Below are positions 1 through 8,421 of a DNA stretch of 23,694 nucleotides, piece after piece. Within the stretch, counting starts at the first letter, position 1. Every line of letters starts with the position of its first letter. The position numbers and the translations under genes are program-made. This DNA is from Bdellovibrionota bacterium (GTDB lineage: Bacteria > Bdellovibrionota_C > UBA2361 > OMII01). The stretch is taken from NCBI GenBank assembly GCA_044356215.1, contig JBIKWQ010000055.1:1-23694 (forward strand), written 5' to 3'. Under the pieces are notes generated by a model. It saw only the letters and a list, made by a program, of their open reading frames with translations. It did not search any database and was not told where the DNA came from.

Positions 1-379
1 AGAGTTCCTAGCCCGCGTGGTCAAGAAAGACGCAATCTCCCTACATTCTATTCTCGCGTGGTAGCCCATAAATAATACACAAATAGCCCAGCCGGCCTCG
101 TGGCCGAGCTTTCCATGTATTATTCGACCTATGGAGAGCATTAGTTTCTTCGAATAAGCCGGAGCGAGGCTGTATATGACCTGAAAGTCGCTCCATTTTT
201 AAAAAGAGCGCCCCAGCATAGCGGCCCAAATTACCCACGGAGCGTATTTTCGTTCGCAAGGAATTAAATTTTAGCAACTTCTCCCGACTCAGAACGAACA
301 TAAAAACAAATGTTAATTAAGCGCGATTGAATAAAGGCCCATGGCAATCAGCTTCAGCGCGCATATCAGGAGAATGACT

Positions 380-763
380 ATGAACACAAGGCACCTACGT
401 AAAGGGGATATCGTTGAATTGATTACCGATGCTAACGCAATTCCGGCGGGCGTTTACAAAGTTCTTGATAACAAAGATGAGTTCCTCGTCTTTCAAGTTG
501 GAACTTCTATTCAGTTCGGCGTCGCTGCTGAGTTCTGGGGTAACTTTATGCGTCCGGTAAATAGCTCAAATACCCCCGTTACCTCAACGACCGACTTTGT
601 GAAGCGTTACTCCGCCCTGCTCCAGAAGATTAGAGCAGCGGATGAGCCAATGACTCCGTATAAATTTACCTTCTGCGCGATGGACAGCAAGTTGATGAGG
701 AAAAGTGGCCTACGAAAGCCAATTAAACGTGGCCGCAATAAAATGGGAGAAGTCATCCACTAA
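380..763 (+). CDS. Hypothetical protein (~127 aa); N-terminus looks like a small beta-barrel (LRKGDIVEL...GVYKVLD)
   Basis: ORF 341..763; AGGAG at 368-372 lies 7 nt before ATG 380, so 380 is preferred as start. No family recognised. Confidence 0.7.
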   Translation: MNTRHLRKGDIVELITDANAIPAGVYKVLDNKDEFLVFQVGTSIQFGVAAEFWGNFMRPVNSSNTPVTSTTDFVKRYSALLQKIRAADEPMTPYKFTFCAMDSKLMRKSGLRKPIKRGRNKMGEVIH

Positions 764-1069
764 AAGGTACTGCCGAGAAAGGGGCATCGACAAGCAGGCG
801 GAGTCCATTAAGCTGTCGCTATAGCCCACCGGCCGGTATCCGAGGTGAGCGTTCGGGCGCTTCAAGTAGCCTGTAAGAATCAGTTCGTTAGAGTATGAAT
901 AAGTAATTGAACGTATATTAACTCGGTCAGCTCCAACGCCCATTCACTCTACTCCCGACAGGCTGCGCCTATCATTCTAAAAAACGCCTAATATGGATTC
1001 AGGTAAAAAAAGGTGATAAGAAAGTATCTTAAGTAGAGAATCCGCGGTCCATACAAAGATTAGGTTACT

Positions 1070-2266
1070 ATGAAGACTGCTACTGACCAATGTCTAGAGA
1101 ACGCCCGCCACTGGAAGGAATTTTGCGGTAGTAGAGATAGCAAAAATTCGCTACAAGACTTGTCAGATCAGATCCAATTCAACAACTTAGACCGGGTTCC
1201 CCCTCATGCGTTAGCATCTCTGACCCGTCCGGATAACCAGGAACGCTCCGGTCTGTTTCTTACGCGCCTGCGAGACCACCTGAAGAGCCGCAGAGAGAGC
1301 AACGATGCAATTGACTTTGATCAAATCGAAAAACAATTCGGCCCCACCCTGGGGCTTCTCCTTAGGCACCAGAATTATCGTATTCAGGAACTCGCGGCTG
1401 AAACGCTCGGAATTCTCGACTCAAGCCTCTCCTTTCCTCTTTTCTCCCACTTTTCTCTAGGGAGCACATACCTTAACGGCGACTTACTTAACAATTTTGA
1501 AAATCTATTATCATTGGACAGAAGAGAAGAATTCTCTCGTTACCAGCAAATCCACCGTGGCATTGGTGAAAAGCCTCTCAAGTGGAAACAATACCGATTG
1601 CAAGACCTGCGGGCGAGCAATTGGCGCCAAAGCTATGAGGATTCGGTTCTAGTATTAACCAGCCTTTTTGACTCAGATATCGTTTCTCTTTGCCGTGCTT
1701 TAACACTAATTGGCGACTTAAGTGACGACAAACCTCAAAGCCACAAGGGATTCTTCCTGTCAGACCAGAAAATCGAAGCCACCATGGTTATTGCGTCAGC
1801 ATTTGTTTTTAGTTCAGGCACTCGGCCTTTTTTGCAATACGCATTCATAAGAGCCTGTTCAGGCTTACGATCGGCCCCATTCCTCGCTGCCTTACTAGAG
1901 GGATTCGCCGATTCACAAGCTCTCTCCAATAAGGAGATCGAGAATCAAATGGCTAATTTTGGGATATTTCCTCCGCTTCTTACCGCGCATAGGCTTACCT
2001 CAGAGCATTATCGTCATCGTTCGCTAGTTAAGCTAATCGGTTTAATTGACCACCCTAACGACAACCTTTCGCAAAGAGCCATGAAACAGCTGAAGGAAAA
2101 GTGGCAGCTCATTAAAGACCTCCCTCCCGGTGGTCAGGCTAAGGTAGGCAAGGCGCTCTTTGATATCTTCATTGCAGCTCGGCAAAAAGGCCGAGATAGC
2201 TCCATAACTTCACATATTGCTGACGTGATTATCGATGTTTGGAAACATTCACCAAAAGATCGATAA
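1070..2266 (+). CDS. Hypothetical helical protein with possible HEAT-like repeats
   Basis: 398-aa ORF; segments LLLRHQNYRIQELAAETLGIL and LIGLIDHPNDNLSQRAMKQL resemble HEAT/PBS-lyase repeats. Confidence 0.7.
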   Translation: MKTATDQCLENARHWKEFCGSRDSKNSLQDLSDQIQFNNLDRVPPHALASLTRPDNQERSGLFLTRLRDHLKSRRESNDAIDFDQIEKQFGPTLGLLLRHQNYRIQELAAETLGILDSSLSFPLFSHFSLGSTYLNGDLLNNFENLLSLDRREEFSRYQQIHRGIGEKPLKWKQYRLQDLRASNWRQSYEDSVLVLTSLFDSDIVSLCRALTLIGDLSDDKPQSHKGFFLSDQKIEATMVIASAFVFSSGTRPFLQYAFIRACSGLRSAPFLAALLEGFADSQALSNKEIENQMANFGIFPPLLTAHRLTSEHYRHRSLVKLIGLIDHPNDNLSQRAMKQLKEKWQLIKDLPPGGQAKVGKALFDIFIAARQKGRDSSITSHIADVIIDVWKHSPKDR

Positions 2267-2508
2267 ATCCGCCTGCGATTTGTTTAATTCCCGAACCTAA
2301 GATAATTCGTTGCTCAGAGGTGATTTTCGGAAAATCATGGGTGCGATCGCCCGCAAAACGCAGGATGAGTATTTAAAGGGAAATTTAATCAGAGCAGGCT
2401 TCTAGCTCTTAATTTATAACAAAGCCCCCATGGCCCACCGCTTGCACATGGGTCCCTCCCCTAGAGCTACCCAAACGACCATGGCCTAACATTCACTGTA
2501 AGGATTCA

Positions 2509-3042
2509 ATGAGTTGGATATTTTCCTCACCACAAAAGACCCTCTCTGCTGCGCAGCAATTACAGGGAGAGCTACGCAAAAATGATAGCCCTATACCGCC
2601 ACACGCTATTCTCTTAGGGGTTCTTAAATCGATTGAAAAGGAGCTACGTGCGCGCCGATTTATCGGCGATTCTTTTCATGAAGCGATGCCTCTCTGGTTT
2701 CTTGCAGAGACTGAGCGCAATATATTCTTGTGGCGAAGCTGCCTAAGCATCGACGACGCTAATGAATTCGCCTTCTGGGTCGATGTTCCTGCGCTAATCG
2801 CAAAACGACGTAGACACCTCTCGCGCTGTGAGGGTTTTAATCCGTTCGTCAACTCTTCGCCAAGTGAGACCGGCGCGGAGATAGAGTTGCGGTACTTAGA
2901 CCACATAGAGGACTTAGGTGAGTCCGTTCTTACAAAAGCCGCCGTCATCAGCCGCGCGAGTCACGAGCTGCGGCGTGACCTCGCCCCTTTAGCTCCCATT
3001 TGCCCTACAATCGTTCTTCCCTACACCTCAAATCAATTGTAA
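2509..3042 (+). CDS. Hypothetical protein (177 aa)
   Basis: AAGGA just upstream of the ATG; ends 22 nt before the acyl-CoA dehydrogenase (likely operon). Confidence 0.7.
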   Translation: MSWIFSSPQKTLSAAQQLQGELRKNDSPIPPHAILLGVLKSIEKELRARRFIGDSFHEAMPLWFLAETERNIFLWRSCLSIDDANEFAFWVDVPALIAKRRRHLSRCEGFNPFVNSSPSETGAEIELRYLDHIEDLGESVLTKAAVISRASHELRRDLAPLAPICPTIVLPYTSNQL

Positions 3043-3064
3043 ATTGATGACGATTTGAGGAGCT

Positions 3065-4252
3065 ATGAAGACATCCGCCGCAGACCCGTTGATTATCGAG
3101 ACAGTCGAACGTCTATGCCGTGACGAGTTCCCCCTATATCAGAGCGAAAGCTTCTATAATACCGTACCCAGAGACCTTGTTACGTCTCTTGGATCGATCG
3201 GACTGATGGGTCTCGCCGTTCCAGATGAATTTAACGGACTAGATGCGTCTGCGGAAACAGTCGCTAAGGTTTTTGAGACCATAGCGTGCTTTGACGCAGG
3301 TCCAGCGGTATTCCTTTCTGTCCACACGATGGTGTGCGGATTAATCTCGCGCTTTGGAACCCCGGAACAGAAAAGCAGCTTACTCCCCAAGATGGCCGAT
3401 GGTACTCTACTAGCAGCCTTCGCCCTAACAGAGCCACACGCCGGATCGGACGCTCGCGCGATCACAACTGAAGCAAAAAAAGTTACTGGTGGTTATCAGC
3501 TAAAAGGTAGCAAATGCTACATTACAAGCGCTGGATTTGCTGATGTTTATCTAGTGTTCGCGCGAACAGCTTCAAATACGGGCTCAGAGGTTTCCGCGTT
3601 TATAGTGCCGGCTGCAACGCCTGGCTTATCGATCGGCAAGCCAGAGAGAAAGATGGGGGCGGAGTTATCTCCTATCGCATCGCTCTTCTTCGAAGACGCT
3701 TTTGTTCCAGAAAGCGCCTTACTAGGAGAACTGCATGGTGGTTTTAAGGTTGCACTATCTGGCTTAGCTGGTGGCAGAGTTAACATAGCTGCCTGCGCGA
3801 ACGGATTATCAATCGCCGCTATCGATTTAGCTATCAATCATATAAAGGAACGTAAACAGTTCGGCAAACCGCTCTCTGAGTTTCAGGGGCTACAGTTTAT
3901 GGTGGCCGATATGCATCAAAAGTTACGCGCCGCACAACTATTAACCGAGCAAGCCGCGCACGAGATTGATCTAACTCGCGTCAGCGGAAATAGCGCCGCT
4001 AACACAAAACTCTCCTCGTCAGTAGCTAAGTGCTTTGCCACTGATGCAGCGATGTCGATCACGACAGATGCTGTTCAACTTTTAGGCGGGGCTGGCTATA
4101 TAAAGGAATATACCGTAGAGCGTTTAATGCGTGATGCTAAGATGCTTCAGATAGTAGAGGGAGCCAATCAGGTACAGCGAGTTATTATCGCTAGAGAGTT
4201 AATTGACTATTCAGCTTCATCCCCCAGCGGCCCAGCGAGGAAAGCTAACTGA
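3065..4252 (+). CDS. Acyl-CoA dehydrogenase (short/branched-chain type)
   Basis: Motifs AFALTEPHAGSDA, LKGSKCYITS, ERKQFGKPLSEFQGLQF, QLLGGAGYIKEYTVERLMRDAKMLQIVEGANQVQR; RBS GAGGAG. Confidence 0.96.
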   Translation: MKTSAADPLIIETVERLCRDEFPLYQSESFYNTVPRDLVTSLGSIGLMGLAVPDEFNGLDASAETVAKVFETIACFDAGPAVFLSVHTMVCGLISRFGTPEQKSSLLPKMADGTLLAAFALTEPHAGSDARAITTEAKKVTGGYQLKGSKCYITSAGFADVYLVFARTASNTGSEVSAFIVPAATPGLSIGKPERKMGAELSPIASLFFEDAFVPESALLGELHGGFKVALSGLAGGRVNIAACANGLSIAAIDLAINHIKERKQFGKPLSEFQGLQFMVADMHQKLRAAQLLTEQAAHEIDLTRVSGNSAANTKLSSSVAKCFATDAAMSITTDAVQLLGGAGYIKEYTVERLMRDAKMLQIVEGANQVQRVIIARELIDYSASSPSGPARKAN

Positions 4253-4557
4253 GTATCATGATTAACCGGGAATTCATTCCCGCCCACCTGAATTACATCG
4301 GGTTGGAAAGCATTTTTCCGCACCTCGGCTTTTTCTCCCTGAACAGCTACTCCAAATCCAACCACACCTATATAGAGAGCGGCGCCACTACTAAGCAGCC
4401 ACCTCTTCATATTTGTAGTTAGCTCCGGACCCTGCGGGGCATCTTCCGATACATTAACGACTACGGGCTCACCCCTATTAAATCGGTGACTGAAGCACGT
4501 TTCGCACAACCTTGATTCACTACCCTCTGAAAGACCACATCTGTAACAGCCTGACAT
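4207..4557 (-). CDS. Small membrane protein with N-terminal CxxC-x10-CxxC putative zinc ribbon
   Basis: Strong RBS GGAGG 8 nt before the ATG; CYRC...CETC followed by hydrophobic WLLSSGAALYIGVVGFGVAV; convergent 46-nt overlap with the ACAD 3' end. Confidence 0.75.
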   Translation of the reverse strand: MSGCYRCGLSEGSESRLCETCFSHRFNRGEPVVVNVSEDAPQGPELTTNMKRWLLSSGAALYIGVVGFGVAVQGEKAEVRKNAFQPDVIQVGGNEFPVNHDTQLAFLAGPLGDEAE

Positions 4558-4642
4558 AGCTCTAACCTCCAGAAAGAGCTTCGTCAGATAAGCTAGACCT
4601 GTTTAGATTTAGGAGCTGGAAAGTTGGGATTAGGAGATTTCA

Positions 4643-4887
4643 CTAGGGAAGCGAGGCAAAACCTACCCGTAGCGAGAAAGTGGAGATTGGGTTGATATTC
4701 GATTTTTGTGATGAGAAAAAACCGAACCAAACTACGCCAAGGCTTCGTCCGGTCCGATATTGGCTTGCCGGCCGTAGCTTTAGCGAAGGCCGGAGATACA
4801 TTGAGGATTTTTTCTCGTCACAAAAACTCGAAGAGCAGCTCAAGATCCGCTTTCGCAGCAGGGAGGGGTTTTGCCTCGCTTCCCTAG
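4643..4887 (+). mobile_element. CTAG-bounded fold-back element (MITE/REPIN-like), copy 1, 245 bp
   Basis: Perfect 21-bp terminal inverted repeats ctagggaagcgaggcaaaacc / ggttttgcctcgcttccctag; inner stem 4703-4721/4808-4826; homologous inverted copy at 21111-21370; no coding capacity. Mobility is inferred. Confidence 0.85.
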
Positions 4888-6326
4888 CACTGCTTACTAC
4901 CAATACACACCGCAGCATTTATTGGACCGTAGCAGGTACCTCCAAAATTCATATAAATGGAAGTGCTCCCTGTCTTGGCGCTGGCTCTATTAGCGACTGT
5001 TGAGCCGTTAAATGGCGTAGCTGTGCCACACCCAACTCCGGCGTAGTATCTGGCCTCCCATCCTGCTCCTCGCGCATAGAGCCCCAACTGGGCGACGACA
5101 TTTCCCGCTGTATCGATCGCTTGAACACAAGATGGAAATGGCCCACGTCCCCCTGGTTTGACAACTATGCCGATAGTATTACGCCGAACATCAAAGAAAT
5201 GCTCAGAGCCGATGATTTTGTAAATGTGCCCATTCGGCCACGAAGTGATGGTGCTGCACTGAGCAACAGCGCCTCCTGATGAACCTCCACTCGAATCACC
5301 TCCACCTCCTTCTCCAGAGTTAGATCCGCCACTGGAAGACCCGCCAACTACATTCAAGTTAACCTCATCGACCGCCACACCATCAAGAAAAGAAGCCTGA
5401 GTCTTATCTTTAGAAACAGGATTAACCACCGCACTCTCCTCAGCGGCCTGATATGCCACCTCGTACCCCGAGCCCGAGTTAAAATCTCCAACTAGGCTTA
5501 TTCCAGCACCTTGGAACGTACCTGAGTAAACCGTCGAGCCTGAAATGGTGGTTACCAGAACGCGGGTGCTGCTGCCACTGGGAATCTGAAATCCAAGAAG
5601 ATCAGGGCCTGAAGTTTGTCTAATCGGAAACGCGCGCGGCCGAGTGCTCTGACTAGCGATACGTGGAAGTCTATTAAATCTCTTAACCTCTCCCGTAACT
5701 AAATTTCTCATTCGTCCGGCGGATCTGTTCCCCGCTCCCTTTCCTATCACGCCGATCCAGTCAAGTCCGCTACCATCCGCACGGGCGTAGAAAGCTCTAT
5801 CTCCCGTCTTTCCGGAGCTGACTTCAGTTGGCTGTATAATCCCCGATATAAGTGGATCGAGAACTACCTGCCAAATGGCTTTTCCACCTACCAAACGAAC
5901 AACTGCGGCATCTGCAACACCATTACCGTTAAAATCGCCACCTGCCACTACCAGGTCGCCTTTCCTTCCAAATGAAAATTGTGCTGGGGTGCCGCTCGTA
6001 TTTAGTACAGTCCACACCAGCGAATCGTCACTGGCGCTCTCACTAACTACGCCGATCTGCGTCCCAGAGCCAAACCATTGAGCCATGGCTAGGTGATCCC
6101 CCTTCTTGCCGAGCGTGCCTAAGGTAGTTGCAACTCCGCTTGTTGAGAGATTCGCTTTCCAGACCAGGGAATCATCAGCGGCAAATTCAACTCTGGTCAT
6201 ATCAGAGATCCCATCACCATCGAAGTCGTTAGGAGCTGCGGCGTAGGCATTAAACGCCCCGAGAGATGAGACGGCTAGCGCCTTTAGAGAGAGCGTAAAT
6301 GATTGATACAGATCTTGTGGTTTCAT
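4884..6326 (-). CDS. Secreted FG-GAP/VCBS-like repeat protein with Gly/Ser linker and 6-Cys C-terminal domain
   Basis: GGAGG before ATG 6326; signal-like LSLKALAVSSLGAFNAYA; Ca-binding-type motifs DFDGDGISD, GDFNGNGVADAAV, GDFNSGSGYE. Confidence 0.85.
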   Translation of the reverse strand: MKPQDLYQSFTLSLKALAVSSLGAFNAYAAAPNDFDGDGISDMTRVEFAADDSLVWKANLSTSGVATTLGTLGKKGDHLAMAQWFGSGTQIGVVSESASDDSLVWTVLNTSGTPAQFSFGRKGDLVVAGGDFNGNGVADAAVVRLVGGKAIWQVVLDPLISGIIQPTEVSSGKTGDRAFYARADGSGLDWIGVIGKGAGNRSAGRMRNLVTGEVKRFNRLPRIASQSTRPRAFPIRQTSGPDLLGFQIPSGSSTRVLVTTISGSTVYSGTFQGAGISLVGDFNSGSGYEVAYQAAEESAVVNPVSKDKTQASFLDGVAVDEVNLNVVGGSSSGGSNSGEGGGGDSSGGSSGGAVAQCSTITSWPNGHIYKIIGSEHFFDVRRNTIGIVVKPGGRGPFPSCVQAIDTAGNVVAQLGLYARGAGWEARYYAGVGCGTATPFNGSTVANRASAKTGSTSIYMNFGGTCYGPINAAVCIGSKQC

Positions 6327-6507
6327 AGGACCTCCTAGCATATCTCGCGTTAAGTAAGATGACAGAAGCGCTGTTTGCGTCGCAGGTCGGCTCCGCAAAA
6401 TCGCAAAGGATCAAGATCGTTCACAAACTATTGATTCTAGGAACAAAATGCGGGCTCTCTAGGGGCGAAATACTATACCGCAGGAAACGAGGTTTTGCCG
6501 CTCTATC

Positions 6508-8340
6508 CTAGATATGATTACTCTCCTGACCTCTTAACGACGCCGCTCTAAGCGCATTCAGAACAGCAAGTAGATCTATAACCTCTTGCGCCAGAGCTCC
6601 GAAAACTGGCGTAAGCAATCCAAACGCCGCAAATCCCATACCCAGCACACTTAGAGCCATGCCACCAACAGCGCTCTGTAATGCTACTGCTCGCATATGT
6701 TTGCTAATGTGCAGAAACTGATCCACCTTTCTTAGAGCTGGCTCGAGTATCACAGCTCCTGCCGCCTCTGATGTGATATCGCTCCTCGGACCAAAGGCTA
6801 TACCCACCGTCGCCGTGGTCAATGCCGGGGCGTCGTTTATTCCATCGCCGAGAAATAGAGTTGGATTTTTAAGAGTTTCAGCTCTGACGATCTCTACTTT
6901 TTCTTCAGGTGATTTTCCCGCATACAGGCGCTTTATTCCCATCTGCTCGGCTAAATACCGCACCTCCTCATCTCGATCCCCAGAAAGCAGTATTACGTCA
7001 CGAAAATCATGCTGTGGGCCAAGATGCGCGACGAATGAATGACTCTCAGGTCTTGCTTGATCGCGGAATCTAAATACAGCGATTACCTTGCCATCACACT
7101 GAACTACGCACTCTAGTCCAGATTTTGAATGTGAAAACTTTAAGAGCTTATCAGGCTCAGCGATAGCTCTCCGCCCAGTAATCGATACCTCTCGCCCCTT
7201 TACCATCCCCTTTAGTCCCTGCCCCGGGATCTCACTAACATCGCTAACCTCTAAGAGGACGATCTGTTTGCGCTTAGCATAATCCAGAACTGGCTGAGCC
7301 AAGGGGTGTTTTGAATACTGCTCGAGGCTCGCTGTTAATTGAAGAGCTTCAGCCTCTGCAACTCCATCTGTCTCGATCTCTTCTAAAAGCGGCTCACCGA
7401 CAGTTAATGTCCCGGTCTTGTCGGTAATTAAAACGCGGCAGGTTTGCGCGCGCTCAAGCGCTATCGGATCCTTCACAATAATTCCACGCTTGGCGCACCA
7501 AGAGATCGAGCCGATGATCGCTACCGGGATAGCGATGATCAATGGACAAGGGGTCGCTACAACTAAGACTGCCAAGAATCTCACCGGATCCCCGGAGAAG
7601 ATCCACGCGAGAGCGGCGAGCGCGATAGCTATGGGCGTATAGATAGTTCCCAAGGTGTCAGCCAAGCGACGGAGCCTCGGTCGCCGCTGCCGAGACGCGT
7701 CCATCACCATCATAATCTTTACATATCTTGAGTCGCGAGCCTCGCGAACCGCTCGGATCACTAACGCGCTCTCTCCGTTAATAGCTCCTGATATAACTTC
7801 ACATCCGGGAGTTTTTGAGATTCGATACGGTTCTCCCGTTAGGTAAGACTCGTCCATTGAACCGTGGCCATCAATTACAACTCCATCGACTGGACACAGT
7901 TCATGCGGTAGAACAACCAACTCATCCCCTGGAGCGACATCACCGACTCCGACATCGATCATGCTAGGACCGTTTCTCCGATGAGCTATCTGCGGCATCC
8001 GTTTGGCGAGCGCATCGAGAACCGAAGAAGCTCTGCGCATTGCGTAATCCTCAAGTGCCGATCCTCCGGAGAGCATCAGAACTACTAGCGCTCCGGCGAG
8101 GTATTCACCTAGTAGAAATGAAGTGACAATTGATATCCCAGCTAAGAGGTCACTACCAAACTCTCCGTGAAACGTACCAACTACGAGGCGAATCACGAGA
8201 ATCGAGCCGCCGACGATCAACACTGCCAGCGCGGGGAAATCAGCGAGATGCGCGTACTCGGGCTGCGTGAATCTAAAAACGAGAGTGAGTGCGATACAGA
8301 CGACGGCGAATAACGCGATAATTGAATTTATGTTTTTCAT
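6508..8340 (-). CDS. Heavy-metal translocating P1B-type ATPase (P1B-5-like motifs)
   Basis: LTGEP, ATPCPL, DKTGTLT phosphorylation site, SKHPLA, GDGINDAPAL, C-terminal QEVID. Confidence 0.95.
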   Translation of the reverse strand: MKNINSIIALFAVVCIALTLVFRFTQPEYAHLADFPALAVLIVGGSILVIRLVVGTFHGEFGSDLLAGISIVTSFLLGEYLAGALVVLMLSGGSALEDYAMRRASSVLDALAKRMPQIAHRRNGPSMIDVGVGDVAPGDELVVLPHELCPVDGVVIDGHGSMDESYLTGEPYRISKTPGCEVISGAINGESALVIRAVREARDSRYVKIMMVMDASRQRRPRLRRLADTLGTIYTPIAIALAALAWIFSGDPVRFLAVLVVATPCPLIIAIPVAIIGSISWCAKRGIIVKDPIALERAQTCRVLITDKTGTLTVGEPLLEEIETDGVAEAEALQLTASLEQYSKHPLAQPVLDYAKRKQIVLLEVSDVSEIPGQGLKGMVKGREVSITGRRAIAEPDKLLKFSHSKSGLECVVQCDGKVIAVFRFRDQARPESHSFVAHLGPQHDFRDVILLSGDRDEEVRYLAEQMGIKRLYAGKSPEEKVEIVRAETLKNPTLFLGDGINDAPALTTATVGIAFGPRSDITSEAAGAVILEPALRKVDQFLHISKHMRAVALQSAVGGMALSVLGMGFAAFGLLTPVFGALAQEVIDLLAVLNALRAASLRGQESNHI

Positions 8341-8341
8341 G

Positions 8342-8398
8342 GAGGGGAAGCGGTTTATATAAGACCACTATTATCAACCGCTATCCCCTCTCGAGCAA
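8342..8398 (-). promoter_or_regulatory. Putative sigma70 promoter overlapped by a 14-bp inverted repeat upstream of the ATPase
   Basis: Minus strand TTGCTC(8398-8393)-17 nt-GATAAT(8375-8370); inverted repeat gaggggaagcggtt(8342-8355)/aaccgctatcccctc(8376-8390) with one bulge. Confidence 0.45.
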
Positions 8399-8421
8399 CA
8401 ACAAAGGTTCCTAGATAATTA

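Noticed and set aside
41..301. 86-aa minus-strand ORF, and 710..943 (-)
   Set aside because: No recognisable motif or convincing RBS; the second overlaps a better-supported gene end.
4643..5003. ORFs 4643..4918 (-), 4680..5003 (+) and the related 21111..21302 (-)
   Set aside because: Read through the fold-back element; frame is not conserved between copies and substitutions follow base pairing rather than codons.
8342..8392. yybP-ykoY manganese riboswitch (aggggatagc resembles its 5' motif)
   Set aside because: Too short for the four-way junction, and the conserved L3 and 3' motifs are not evident.
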